Numbered from the stretch's first letter, positions 29,079 to 38,601 are shown. The stretch is 64,000 nt of DNA from an uncultured delta proteobacterium (GCA_963727445.1 CAVSGI010000010.1:1-64000); one strand, 5' to 3'. Program-made: numbers and translations. The notes: generated from the sequence alone by a model not told the origin.

Positions 29079-29393
29079 TCAGTCCATGGGCGCGACGAGA
29101 GCCATCCCGTCGCGCACCTCGATGACGACCACCACGGTGCCCACCGGGGCATCCAGCGATCCGTCGTAGCTTCGAGCCGGCAGGGCCGCGCGCGCCCCGA
29201 GGCGGCGATGCGCGATTCGTCCCACCCCGCCCTGCGCAATGGCGGTGGTGACGACGCCGATGGTTCCCGCCCAACGGTGCAGCCGCTCTGGACGGCCGAC
29301 GACGCGACGCAGGGACGCGGCGGTGAAGACCCCGAGGCCCATCACCAGCGTCGCTGCGCCGAGTCCCACTGCGATGAGCGCTGCCGTTTCCAT
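29079..29393 (-). CDS. Short NfeD-like/YqiJ-like membrane protein (OB fold)
   Basis: TM helix followed by GTIGVVTTAI..GGVGRI...LPARS...VGTVVVVIEVRDGMALV; directly upstream of flotillin. Confidence 0.7.
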   Translation of the reverse strand: METAALIAVGLGAATLVMGLGVFTAASLRRVVGRPERLHRWAGTIGVVTTAIAQGGVGRIAHRRLGARAALPARSYDGSLDAPVGTVVVVIEVRDGMALVAPMD

Positions 29394-29406
29394 CACCCCC
29401 AGGCAA

Positions 29407-29422
29407 TGGAAGCGGCGTGCCA
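29407..29422 (-). promoter_or_regulatory. Candidate sigma54 (-24/-12) promoter for nfeD-flotillin
   Basis: TGGCACGCCGCTTCCA: perfect TGGCAC -24 box with TTCC in place of TTGC; faces away from an adjacent sigma54 activator gene. Confidence 0.55.
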
Positions 29423-29466
29423 GCGCGAAAGACGGCCAATTGCTCGAAATCGTGGGGGAAGGATTC

Positions 29467-29499
29467 TGGTGCATTTCACCAACCTGGTGAAAAATCCCA
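29467..29499. promoter_or_regulatory. Tandem candidate enhancer (UAS) sites for the PspF-like activator
   Basis: TGGTG-catt-t-CACCA palindrome (29467-29481) and TGGTGaaaaaTCCCA (29485-29499). Confidence 0.6.
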
Positions 29500-29503
29500 A
29501 CTC

Positions 29504-30844
29504 GTGACTCGTCGCGTTCTCGTGCTCGATCCGCCCGACGGAGCCCTCGAGGCTCTCGCCGGCGTCTTCGGTCACGAGTGCGAGGTCGCGCGGGTGCACG
29601 AGGCGAGCGCGCTCCTCGAAGCCCTCGACGACGAGCCGCCCGACCTCGTAGTCGTCGACTTCGCTCTCGGCGATGGGGCGCAGAGCGGCGAGGAGATCCT
29701 CGCCGCGGTGCGCGAGCGGGACGCCGACATTCCGGTGGTGGTGGTCGCGGAAGAGGGCGGGATCGCCATCGCGTCCCGCGTGATCGAGGCGGGAGCGACC
29801 GACTTTCTGGTCCGAAGCCATCGGCTCGAGGAACGGGTCGCGACGCAGCTCCGCAAGATCAGCGGCTGGGTGCGGCTCATCGATCGCAACCGCGCGCTCG
29901 TGCGCGAGAACCGCGTGCTGCGCAGCGCGGGCATGGTTGGGGACTCCCCGGAGATCCGCGGGGTGATGGCCCAGGTCCGGCGCGTGGCGCAGGTGCCTCG
30001 GCCAGTCCTGGTTCTCGGTGAGCGCGGTGTCGGCAAGGAGCTGGTGGCTCGCGCAATTCACGAAGCGTCCGAGCGCGAGGGACCCCTGGTGATCGTGAAC
30101 TGTGCGGCCGTCCCGAAGAACCTCCTCGAGGCGGAGCTCTTCGGACACGAGCGCGGCGCCTTCACCGGCGCCGAGCAGCGGGCTATTGGCAAGTTCGAGG
30201 CGGCCGAGGGCGGCACGCTCTTCCTCGACGAGATCGGTCACATGGATCTCGGCTTCCAGACCAAGATCCTGCGCGCGGTGGAGTACGGCACCTTTCTCCG
30301 TGTCGGTGGCTCGAAGGAGGTGCGCTCGAACGCGCGGATCGTCGCCGCGACGAACGCCGATCTCCGGGCCATGATCGACGCGGGGACGTTTCTGGCCGAT
30401 CTGCACGACCGGTTGGCTTTCGAGGAGATCCGGGTGCCGCCGCTCCGCGATCGTCCGGACGACATCCCGGCGCTGGCGGAGCACTTCATTCAGCGCTTCA
30501 TGCGCGAGGTGCCGTCGTTTCGTGGCAAGCGGCTGAGCCAGCGGGCCCTCGGCGCCCTGCGGCAGCACCCGTTTCCGGGCAACGTGCGGGAGCTGAAGAA
30601 CATGATCGAACGCGCGGTCTACCGGGAGGTGGGCGACGAGGTCACGCCGGAGGATCTCGGCCTCGACGCGCGTCCCGCGGCGCCGCCGCGCCGCGGGACC
30701 TTCAAAGAGCGCATCGCTCGCTTCGAGCGCGAGATGATCGACGAGGCGCTGCAGGAGGCGGGCGGCAACCAGGCCGAAGCGGCGCGCCGGCTGGGCCTCA
30801 CCTACGACCAGCTCCGGCACTACCGTCGAAAGCACCTCGGCTGA
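29504..30844 (+). CDS. Sigma54-dependent activator, PspF-like AAA+/HTH with atypical N-terminal receiver domain
   Basis: [29 protein letters not shown], and C-terminal [18 protein letters not shown] (PspF-type). Confidence 0.9.
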   Translation: MTRRVLVLDPPDGALEALAGVFGHECEVARVHEASALLEALDDEPPDLVVVDFALGDGAQSGEEILAAVRERDADIPVVVVAEEGGIAIASRVIEAGATDFLVRSHRLEERVATQLRKISGWVRLIDRNRALVRENRVLRSAGMVGDSPEIRGVMAQVRRVAQVPRPVLVLGERGVGKELVARAIHEASEREGPLVIVNCAAVPKNLLEAELFGHERGAFTGAEQRAIGKFEAAEGGTLFLDEIGHMDLGFQTKILRAVEYGTFLRVGGSKEVRSNARIVAATNADLRAMIDAGTFLADLHDRLAFEEIRVPPLRDRPDDIPALAEHFIQRFMREVPSFRGKRLSQRALGALRQHPFPGNVRELKNMIERAVYREVGDEVTPEDLGLDARPAAPPRRGTFKERIARFEREMIDEALQEAGGNQAEAARRLGLTYDQLRHYRRKHLG

Positions 30845-30881
30845 TCGACCGCCGGCGGGACTGGGGCTACGGTACGCCCCG

Positions 30882-32537
30882 ATGGGAGCGCGATGCGCGA
30901 GCTGTGGTGCCGACAACGACGCGGACGCGCAGTTCTGCGGTCAGTGCGGCCAGCGGCTGGTCGCCGTCGGCGTCGATCCACTGATCGGCGAGGTGGTGGC
31001 CGGGCGCTACCGGATCCTTCGCGCCCTCGACGAGGGGGGCATGAGCCAGGTTTACGTCGCCGATCAGCGGCTGGGTCACGGGTCTCGCGACGTGGCGCTG
31101 AAGGTCCTGAGGATGGACATGGCGAAGGACGCAGGCCTCAGCGAGCGCTTCGAGCGCGAGGTGGAGCTCCTCGGTCAGCTCCAACATCCGAACACGGTCC
31201 GGATCTTCGACTACGGCGAGCTACCGGACGGGCAGCCGTTCATGGTGATGGAGCTGGTCGCCGGTGCGCCGCTCTCCGACCTGATCGCTCGGGACGGCGC
31301 GCTGTCGCCGCCGCGGGTCGAGCAGATCGCCATCCAGATCGCGAGCGCCCTCGCCGAAGCTCACGACCGCGGCATCGTCCACCGCGATCTCAAGCCGCAG
31401 AACATCATGATCGGGAGCGCCGGCCCGCAGAAGGACTTCGTCAAGGTGCTCGACTTCGGGATCGCCCGGCGCGTCCAGGGTCACGAGCTCGGGCGCAGCC
31501 TGACGCTGAAAGGCACCATCCTGGGAACGCCTCCCTACATGGCGCCAGAGCAGTTCGAGGGCGGGATCGCGGACGCGCGTACCGACGTCTACGCGCTGGG
31601 CGTGATGCTCTACGAGATGTACACGGGCGAGCTGCCGTTCCAGGCGAACAGTCCGATGGCGTGGGCGACGCAACACTTGAGCGTCGCGCCCACGCCATTC
31701 GACGACACCGCGGTGCGCGCCGTGCCCGAGCACAGCCGTCGCGCCGTGATGCGCGCGCTCGCGAAGCGACCCGACGACCGACCCCAGACCGTCCTCGAGC
31801 TGCTTCGCGAGCTCACGGGTCAGAGCGACGCCCACCTGGTGCTGACCGGAACGGGCGAGGTCGCGGTACGACCCTCCTCGTCACCGCCGCCGATGCCCGT
31901 CCAGGAGGTGAACGTTCCCGTGACGGCCGTCGGACCCTCGCCCTTGCCCATCGTCCTCGCGGTCGTCGGGCTCATCGCCGGCGGGCTCTTCGTGATCCTC
32001 GTCGTGGGCGCGCTCGCCTACAGCGCGGAGGAAGCTGCAGAGGATGCAGCGCCGTCCGCGACTCCTCCCATGGCTGCACCAGTCACGCCCGGGTCGCCCG
32101 ACGCGGCGCCCGAGCCCGACGCGGCGCCCGAGCCCTCGACCCACGGCTTCTCCAGTGTTCATCACGTGAGCAATGCCTCGGACGCACAGGACGCGCTCGG
32201 AACCGCGGACGGTCTGGCGGCGGTGCTGCGCCACGGTGGGCTCCTCACGCTCGAGATCGGCCTCGGGTCTGCGTTCGAGGGCGACGGGACCGCCGAGCCC
32301 GACCTCTTCGTCCACGTTCTGCCGGCCAGCGGTCCATTTCGCGTCGAGGTGAGCCCGGACCATCATCACTTCGAGACGGTGCTCTCACGCGGGGACGCGT
32401 CCGTGGCGATCGACGTCGATGCCAGCTCGGTCGCGCGTCCACGCTTCGTGCGCTTCCGAGCGCTCACGCGCGACCCGGTCCTGTTGGATTCCGTCGAAGT
32501 GAAGAACGTCGTTCCGAGCGACGAACACGCGCACTGA
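30882..32537 (+). CDS. Membrane Ser/Thr protein kinase with N-terminal zinc ribbon
   Basis: CASC...CGQC, VALKVL, HRDLKPQN, DFG, YMAPEQ, a TM helix and an extracellular C-terminus. Confidence 0.93.
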   Translation: MGARCASCGADNDADAQFCGQCGQRLVAVGVDPLIGEVVAGRYRILRALDEGGMSQVYVADQRLGHGSRDVALKVLRMDMAKDAGLSERFEREVELLGQLQHPNTVRIFDYGELPDGQPFMVMELVAGAPLSDLIARDGALSPPRVEQIAIQIASALAEAHDRGIVHRDLKPQNIMIGSAGPQKDFVKVLDFGIARRVQGHELGRSLTLKGTILGTPPYMAPEQFEGGIADARTDVYALGVMLYEMYTGELPFQANSPMAWATQHLSVAPTPFDDTAVRAVPEHSRRAVMRALAKRPDDRPQTVLELLRELTGQSDAHLVLTGTGEVAVRPSSSPPPMPVQEVNVPVTAVGPSPLPIVLAVVGLIAGGLFVILVVGALAYSAEEAAEDAAPSATPPMAAPVTPGSPDAAPEPDAAPEPSTHGFSSVHHVSNASDAQDALGTADGLAAVLRHGGLLTLEIGLGSAFEGDGTAEPDLFVHVLPASGPFRVEVSPDHHHFETVLSRGDASVAIDVDASSVARPRFVRFRALTRDPVLLDSVEVKNVVPSDEHAH

Positions 32538-32553
32538 GGCGTAGGCTGGGAGG

Positions 32554-33363
32554 GTGACCCGCGTCGCAGCTCTGCCCATGTACGACCTGCCGGAGCTCCG
32601 GGCGGCGACCGACGCCCTGTGGGCGGCCATCGCCGACGAGCTGCGCGCGGCAGGGGAGACCGATGTCCCCGAGGCGCTGGTGCGGGACCGGCCCGCCGGC
32701 GAGATATTGGGAGACCCGACGCTCTTACTCGCTCAGACCTGCGGCTATCCACTCGTCACGCGCCTGTCGGAGAAGGTTCGCGTGGTCGGGGTGGCCAGCC
32801 ACGACGCGGAGGGTTGCGGGCCGGGCACCTACAGGAGCGCGGTGATCGTGCGGGAGGATGGAGGGGCGCGACGCGTGGTCGATCTGCGGGGGCATCGCGC
32901 CGCGGTGAACGCCTTCGATTCCCACTCCGGAATGAACGCCCTACGTGCGCTCGTCTCGAACTTGGCGCGTGGCGGGCGCTTCTTCTCCGCGGTGAGCGAG
33001 ACGGGCTCGCATCGCGGGTCGATCGCCGCCGTGCGCGAGGGACGCGCCGACGTGGCCGCGATCGACGCGGTGAGCTGGGCGTTGATCGGTGATGTCGCCC
33101 CCGAGGAGCGTGAGGGGCTCGCGGTTCTCGCGTGGACCGACGAAGCGCCGTCTCTGCCGTACATCACCGGCGGGCCGGCGAGCGATGGGACACTCGTGCG
33201 TCTGCGTTCGGCGATCGAGGCGGTGATGGCGAGCCCATCACTCGGTGAGGTGCGAAGGAGGCTTCGCCTGGTGGGCTTTCGACCCGCAGAGCACGACGAC
33301 TTCCTGCCGATCGCAGCCTCGGAGGCAATGGCGCGGAGCCGCGGCTATCCCGAGCTCGCCTGA
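32554..33363 (+). CDS. PhnD/SsuA/transferrin-fold binding protein without signal peptide
   Basis: LPMYD, LAQTCGYP, YRSAVIVR, AAVNAFDSHSG, TGSHRGSIAAVREGRADVAAIDAVSW. Confidence 0.85.
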   Translation: MTRVAALPMYDLPELRAATDALWAAIADELRAAGETDVPEALVRDRPAGEILGDPTLLLAQTCGYPLVTRLSEKVRVVGVASHDAEGCGPGTYRSAVIVREDGGARRVVDLRGHRAAVNAFDSHSGMNALRALVSNLARGGRFFSAVSETGSHRGSIAAVREGRADVAAIDAVSWALIGDVAPEEREGLAVLAWTDEAPSLPYITGGPASDGTLVRLRSAIEAVMASPSLGEVRRRLRLVGFRPAEHDDFLPIAASEAMARSRGYPELA

Positions 33364-34842
33364 TCGGGCGGTGCACCGACGCGCAGCACCATGGAGAGGC
33401 GCTCGATCGCGTTGCCCAGCGCGCGGTCCTCCTCGCTGAAAGCGATCACCTGGCGCACGCGCGCGTAGGCTTCCGCCAGCGGTCCCCCGGGGTGGCGGCC
33501 TCGAAGATCGATCGCGCGAGCGGCGGTCACCGATTCGATGGAGAGCACCCGTGCGGTGTCGCGGAGCGCCTCCGAGGCGCGCTCCACGGAGAGCGGCGCG
33601 AGGGAGATGGCGTCCTCGAATCCGTTGCAGGTGGGGCTCGTCAGGCCGGCGCTTCCGATGCGGGTGCGCATCCGGGCGACGAGGCTCGCAGCCGTGTACT
33701 GCGCGATCATCAGGCCCGAGCTCCGCGGCGCGCTCTCCCCCTTTGCGATGAGGAAGGGCGACAGGCCGCGGCTGGTCGCGGGATCGAGGAGCCGCGCGAT
33801 GCGCCGTTCGCTCGAGGCGGCGATCGCGAGGAGCGCGTCCGACAGACCGTCCAGGACCTGCGCCAGCCGATGGGTGTCGAAGGCGCTGCCGCCGCCGAAG
33901 AAGCCCTGACCTTCGCGCCAGATTGGGTTGTCGGCGGGCGCGCCGAGCTCGATGCGCACGACCTCTTGGAGGGCCGCGAGCGCGTCGCGCCCCGCGCCGA
34001 TCACGTACGGCAGAGTGCGGATGGCGAGAGGCTCGCGCCCCGTTCGTGGCGCGTCGGGGAGCAGCGTCCAGAGGCGCTCGGCGCTCTTCACGGCACCGGG
34101 GTGGGGCTTGAGCGCGACGAGGCTCGCCTCGAAGGCGCCCTTGTGACTGTCGAGGGCGTGCATGGTGAGCGCGGCCGCGCGCTCGGCGGCATCGACGAGC
34201 GCGCGGCCGTCGGCGATCGCCAGGCAGGCGCCTCCCACCGCCAGGGCGGGCGCGTTGATCCACGCGAGCGCATCGCGACCCCCGAGCGTCGGTCGCTCGA
34301 TGCGCGCCTCACGCAGGGCGGCGGATTCGTCGAGGGTGCGTTCCGTCGTAGGTCGCCGACCCCTCTCCGATCAGCGGCAGCGCGGCGTGCGCGAGGGGCG
34401 CGAGATCGCTCGCACCCACCGAGCCGAGAGCAGGCACCCGCGGGGTGACGCCGCGATCGAGCATGGCGACGAACACGTCGAGGACCGGCGCCGAGATGCC
34501 GCTCCGGCCCATCGCGAGCTGGCTCGTGCGCACCGCCATCATCGCCCGAACGGTCTCGGCGGGGGCCGCGTCGCCCACGCCCATGGCGTGGCTTCGGAGC
34601 AGGCTCGCCTGCAGGCGCTCCGCGTCTCTCGGAGCGACGCGCTCTCCATCGCGGGCCCCGACGCCGGTGTTGGCGCCGTACACGGGCGTCCCTTTCGCGC
34701 ACGCCTCGCGGAGGGCGTCGTGCGCGCGCGCAACCTTCGCACGGGCGCCATCGCCCATCACGACCGAGGTAGCGGAGCGCGCGATGGCGGCGACGTCACT
34801 TGCCGAGAGCGCCTCTCCGTCGAGGGTGTAGCGGCGCGTCAC
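33345..34842 (-). CDS. Aromatic amino acid ammonia-lyase (HutH/PAL fold) lacking the MIO Ala-Ser-Gly motif; frameshift near 34338
   Basis: VYGANTGVG, LLRSHAMGVG, GSVGASDLAPLAH, DNP, SERRIARLLDP, SGLMIAQYTAASLV. The two halves join after removing one base; GTGA overlap with the desaturase. Confidence 0.85.
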
Positions 34843-35744
34843 GACCGCCTCCGGGGATGGGCGACCGAGCCCTTGGAGCGCAGGAGGTAGCGCCGGAAGA
34901 CCTCGCGATAGCCGCGGAAGAAGTACCCGCCGTTTTCGCGGAGCAGGTGCGCGCGGCGCTCGCGGTAGCGCGCAGGGAGGGCGTACCAGGGGAGCGCCGG
35001 CTCGGCGTGATGAAGGGCGTGGAGGTTGTTGTGGAGGAAGAGCCAGGCGAGGGGCGCTTCGGCCTCGATGATCACGCTGCGCTCCGCGTTCGATCCTTCT
35101 GCGCGGTGTTCGACGAAGGAGCGTAGGAGCGTGAGCGCGAGACCCGGGTAGACGTAGAGCGCGAGATAGGCGGCGAGGGGGATCTCGCAGACGCCCCCGA
35201 TCCAGCAGACGACGGGCCCGGTGGCCAGGACGTGGATCGTCCATCGGCGAAGGATCGGCGCGGGGCTTCGTCGCAGGGCGGCGACCTCCGACGCGAGGGT
35301 GCGGGCCGCGACATGAAGCGGGCCGAGGATCAGGCGACCGGCGAGGGTGCTTTCAGCGACGAGCCACGCGCGAACGATCGGGCTCGCCGCGTCGAAGCGC
35401 TCGGCGCTGACGTAGAAGGACTCGGGGTCTCGTCGTGGATCGGTCAGCTCGTCCACGCCGTGGTGAGCGAGGTGCGACGCGCGGTAGAGATCGAAGGGCA
35501 GCCAGAGCGTGAGGGGGACGCCCGCGAAGAGCGCGTTCAGAGCGCGTCGTCGGAAGGGATGCAGGTGCACCGCTTCGTGCTGAAGCGAGCCGTGCCAGGC
35601 GAGGAGCCAGGCGCCGGCCACGCAGACGAGCCAGGCTGGGAGCACGTGGTGGAACCAGGTCAGAGCCATCCAGCCGCCGTAGATGGCGCCGCCGAGGAGG
35701 AGGGTTGGCCACTCGAATCGCGGAAAGGCCCGGCGTCTGCTCAC
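34839..35744 (-). CDS. Membrane fatty-acid-desaturase-family di-iron enzyme
   Basis: His boxes QHEAVH, HLAHH, VEH and NNLHALHH, plus TM segments. Confidence 0.9.
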   Translation of the reverse strand: MSRRRAFPRFEWPTLLLGGAIYGGWMALTWFHHVLPAWLVCVAGAWLLAWHGSLQHEAVHLHPFRRRALNALFAGVPLTLWLPFDLYRASHLAHHGVDELTDPRRDPESFYVSAERFDAASPIVRAWLVAESTLAGRLILGPLHVAARTLASEVAALRRSPAPILRRWTIHVLATGPVVCWIGGVCEIPLAAYLALYVYPGLALTLLRSFVEHRAEGSNAERSVIIEAEAPLAWLFLHNNLHALHHAEPALPWYALPARYRERRAHLLRENGGYFFRGYREVFRRYLLRSKGSVAHPRRRS

Positions 35745-35872
35745 CCCTTCGGTGTACCCACCAAGTGGGGACCCAACAACGGGGTAATGCGCACGAAGCG
35801 ATACAACTCGAACGGTTTTACGTCAGTTGTGGTGGAAACAACACGAATGATGTAGATTCGCTACACAAACGA

Positions 35873-36706
35873 ATGGAACGATGGGAAACCGTCGAGCGCT
35901 TTCGAGAGCGTCTCGGACAGATCATCGACGGCTCGGGTCTGAGCCGAAGCGCTTTCGCGAAGCAGGTCGGGATCGATCGATCGACCCTGTCCCAGATCCT
36001 CTCGGATCAGAACGACCGCCTCCCGCGGGTCGAGACCCTGGCGGCCATCGCCACCTCGGCGAACGTCAGCGTGGACTGGCTCATCGGCTTGAGTGAGGAG
36101 GGCGCGCTCGGGACCGACGTGCTGGTGGTCGAGCGGGGCGCGAGCTCACCCGCCGACGAGCGGCTCGCGTTGTGGCGGGGCGAAGCGGCCGGCTACAAGA
36201 TCCGCTACGTCCCGACGACGCTGCCCGATCTGCTGCGCACGGACGAGGTGATCGCGTACGAGTACTCCCATTCGCCCGTCGCCTCACCCGAGCAGCGACA
36301 GGCCACGCGCGAAGAGCGCCTCGACTATCAGCGAAGGCCCGAGACGGACACCGAGGTGTGCTCGCCGCGGCAGACCCTCGAGTCCTTCGCCGCCGGGGTC
36401 GGCGTCTGGAGCCGCATGTCGAAGGCGGTGCGCCGCAAGCAGCTGGCCACCATGCGGGAGCTGGTGGGTGAGCTCTATCCGACCTTCCGCTGGTTTCTCT
36501 TCGACGGTCGCCACCGCTACTCGGTGCCGCTCACGATCTTCGGGCCCAAGCGCGCGGTGATCTACACCGGCCAGATGTATCTGGTGTTCAGCACGCTCAA
36601 GTACATTCGACTCTTCACGGAACATTTTGATGAGCTCATCCGCCACGCGACGATCCAGCCGCCCGACGTCCCGGATTTTCTTCGTGAGCTGGAAGATTCG
36701 GTCTGA
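35873..36706 (+). CDS. XRE-family HTH transcriptional regulator with C-terminal sensor domain
   Basis: GLSRSAFAKQVGIDRSTLSQIL...LPRVETLAAIA...VSVDWLIGL; divergent from the desaturase. Confidence 0.88.
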   Translation: MERWETVERFRERLGQIIDGSGLSRSAFAKQVGIDRSTLSQILSDQNDRLPRVETLAAIATSANVSVDWLIGLSEEGALGTDVLVVERGASSPADERLALWRGEAAGYKIRYVPTTLPDLLRTDEVIAYEYSHSPVASPEQRQATREERLDYQRRPETDTEVCSPRQTLESFAAGVGVWSRMSKAVRRKQLATMRELVGELYPTFRWFLFDGRHRYSVPLTIFGPKRAVIYTGQMYLVFSTLKYIRLFTEHFDELIRHATIQPPDVPDFLRELEDSV

Positions 36707-36743
36707 GCGCTAAGAAAATGGAGCGTCAGGTGCCACACTTCTC

Positions 36744-37325
36744 GTGGTGGAGGTGGCCGAGCAAGAGGTCCTGGGGCTGGCGGTCCTGAATCGCATCAAG
36801 GCCAACCAGGAGATCGTTGGCGACGAGGTGGTGCAAGCGGCGGTCGAAGGCCTTTCGGCGGAGCTTCGCGAGGAGATCGAGGGGCTCGCGCCGAAGTCGT
36901 GGATCCCCCTCGCGCGCGTCGAGCTGCTCCAGGACGCCATCGCCGCCGAGGCGCAGCGGGATCCGGAGGATTTGCACGACGAGGCGATTCGTCGCGCGCA
37001 GGAGATCTCGTTCAAGACCGCTTATCGCGTCGTGCTGCGGATGGCTTCGGATCGCTGGCTGGTCTCGCGCACCCAGACCATGTTTCGCCGTACCCGCCGC
37101 ATCGGCCAGCTCCGCTCGCAGATCGGCGCGCCGGGTGAAGCGACCCTGCGCCTCTCGGACTGGCCGAACGTTCGCGATCGTTACGTGCGCCAGGTCGTGA
37201 TCGCGATCGAGACGCTCCTCAGGCTCACGGGCCGCGCCCAGGTCGAGACCGAGTACGCGCTGCGCCCCGACGGCGCGGACATCCAGGCGCGCTGGCAGAA
37301 GGGGACCGCGGCGCCCCAGCGTTGA
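36744..37325 (+). CDS. Myxobacterial hypothetical protein (heme-NO-binding/V4R-like, DUF2378-like)
   Basis: Pattern LSAELREEI...SWIPLA...C-terminal IQARW resembles a common myxobacterial family; no search performed. Confidence 0.5.
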   Translation: MVEVAEQEVLGLAVLNRIKANQEIVGDEVVQAAVEGLSAELREEIEGLAPKSWIPLARVELLQDAIAAEAQRDPEDLHDEAIRRAQEISFKTAYRVVLRMASDRWLVSRTQTMFRRTRRIGQLRSQIGAPGEATLRLSDWPNVRDRYVRQVVIAIETLLRLTGRAQVETEYALRPDGADIQARWQKGTAAPQR

Positions 37326-37444
37326 GGTGGGCTCTACGGGTCGGCGGCTGCGCTGACGATTCCGCATCGCATCCGCGGTGCGCTCAGGAGGGGCGGTCGC
37401 AACGCGTGCGTGGCGAGAAGTGACCGCATCCGGGACCCAAAGTC

Positions 37445-37531
37445 TGGTAGCCGAGCCCGGGGTTGAACCGGGACGAGGTTGCCCTCACCGGATTTTGAAT
37501 CCGGCGCGTCTGCCAATTCCGCCACTCGGCC
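37445..37531 (-). tRNA. tRNA-Leu (CAA)
   Basis: GGCCGAG/CUCGGCU acceptor stem, D-loop GGAAUUGGCAGAC, anticodon arm CCGGA-UUCAAAA-UCCGG, long variable arm, GGUUCAA T-loop, encoded CCA. Confidence 0.97.
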
Positions 37532-37602
37532 TTTTCAGGGAGGCGGAAGATAACCGCACCTCGGGGGGCGCGCTACTGCTCTTTGTCGGCGGGGCGCTGG
37601 CC

Positions 37603-38601
37603 TCAGTGCCAGGGCACGGGGGCGCCGTTCGCTGTGCCGTCCTGGTAGCGAACGACGGTGCCGCCGGTGGCGACGTAGATGTCGCTGCAGCGCAGGGCGC
37701 CCGAGCCGAAGTCCAGGCTGGCCGCGGCCGACATGCCGGGCGCGAGGATCATCATGTCGCTGCCGTCGGCCTCGGTGCGCAGGAGCCGGCCGGTGCCGTT
37801 GTCGGTGACGTAGAGGCGGCCGTCGGCGTCGACGGCCACGCCGTCGGGGTTGCCGAGGCCGGTCGCGGCATCCGCGCGCGCGGTCTCGACGCCGTCGGCG
37901 AGCGTCAGCCGGTGCAGGGTGCCCGTCGCGTAGCTGCACACCAGGAGCGTCCCGTCGAGATCGAAGGCGACACCGTTGGCCTGGGAGATCGGCGTAGCGG
38001 TGACCATCGTGGCGGTGCCGTCTCCGGCGGGGTCGACGCGCATCACCTCGCCCGCGCTGAAGTCCGAGTAGTAGAGGAAGCCGTCGGGGCCGATGGTCAG
38101 GCCGTTGGGCGCGCCGCCGGTCACGAAGAGCTCGGCGCTCGGCGATCCCGAGGTCAGATCGATCCTGTAGACGCCCGTTCCCGGCACGCCGACGTAGAGC
38201 GTCTCGTTCGTCGCGTCGAGGGCGAGGCCCCACACGGTGCTCGCACCGGTGAGCGGGACGAAGTCCTCCGGCGAGCCTCCCGGCGTGAGCCGGCCGACCA
38301 TGCCTGACTGCGTGTAGTAGATCGTTCCGTCGCGCGCGATGATCAGCCCTTCGGTGCCTGTGATCGACGAGACGTCCGGTCGCGCGTCGCCGCACGTCGG
38401 CGCGCCCGTGTCGGGTGGCGGAGTGCTGGTGTCCGTGGCGCTATCGCCGGGCGGCGTCGTGTCGTCCCCGCCGTCGCTGGGCGGCGTCGTGGTGTCTCCA
38501 CCGCCGTCCACCGGCGGCAGTCCCGTGTCCGTCGAGCTCGAGTCGTCGCCGCACGCTCCGAGGAGCGAAACGAGGGAGGCGAAGAGGATCGTCGTGCGCA
38601 T
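37603..38601 (-). CDS. SMP-30/gluconolactonase-like beta-propeller lipoprotein
   Basis: Lipobox LGAC; repeats TEGL, PNGLTIGPDG, ANGVAFDLDG, PDGVAVDADGRLYV. Confidence 0.85.
   Translation of the reverse strand: MRTTILFASLVSLLGACGDDSSSTDTGLPPVDGGGDTTTPPSDGGDDTTPPGDSATDTSTPPPDTGAPTCGDARPDVSSITGTEGLIIARDGTIYYTQSGMVGRLTPGGSPEDFVPLTGASTVWGLALDATNETLYVGVPGTGVYRIDLTSGSPSAELFVTGGAPNGLTIGPDGFLYYSDFSAGEVMRVDPAGDGTATMVTATPISQANGVAFDLDGTLLVCSYATGTLHRLTLADGVETARADAATGLGNPDGVAVDADGRLYVTDNGTGRLLRTEADGSDMMILAPGMSAAASLDFGSGALRCSDIYVATGGTVVRYQDGTANGAPVPWH

Noticed and set aside
32554..37445. Genomic island integrated at the tRNA-Leu 3' end
   Set aside because: No integrase is present and I found no duplicated tRNA 3' fragment (att site); the location is only suggestive.
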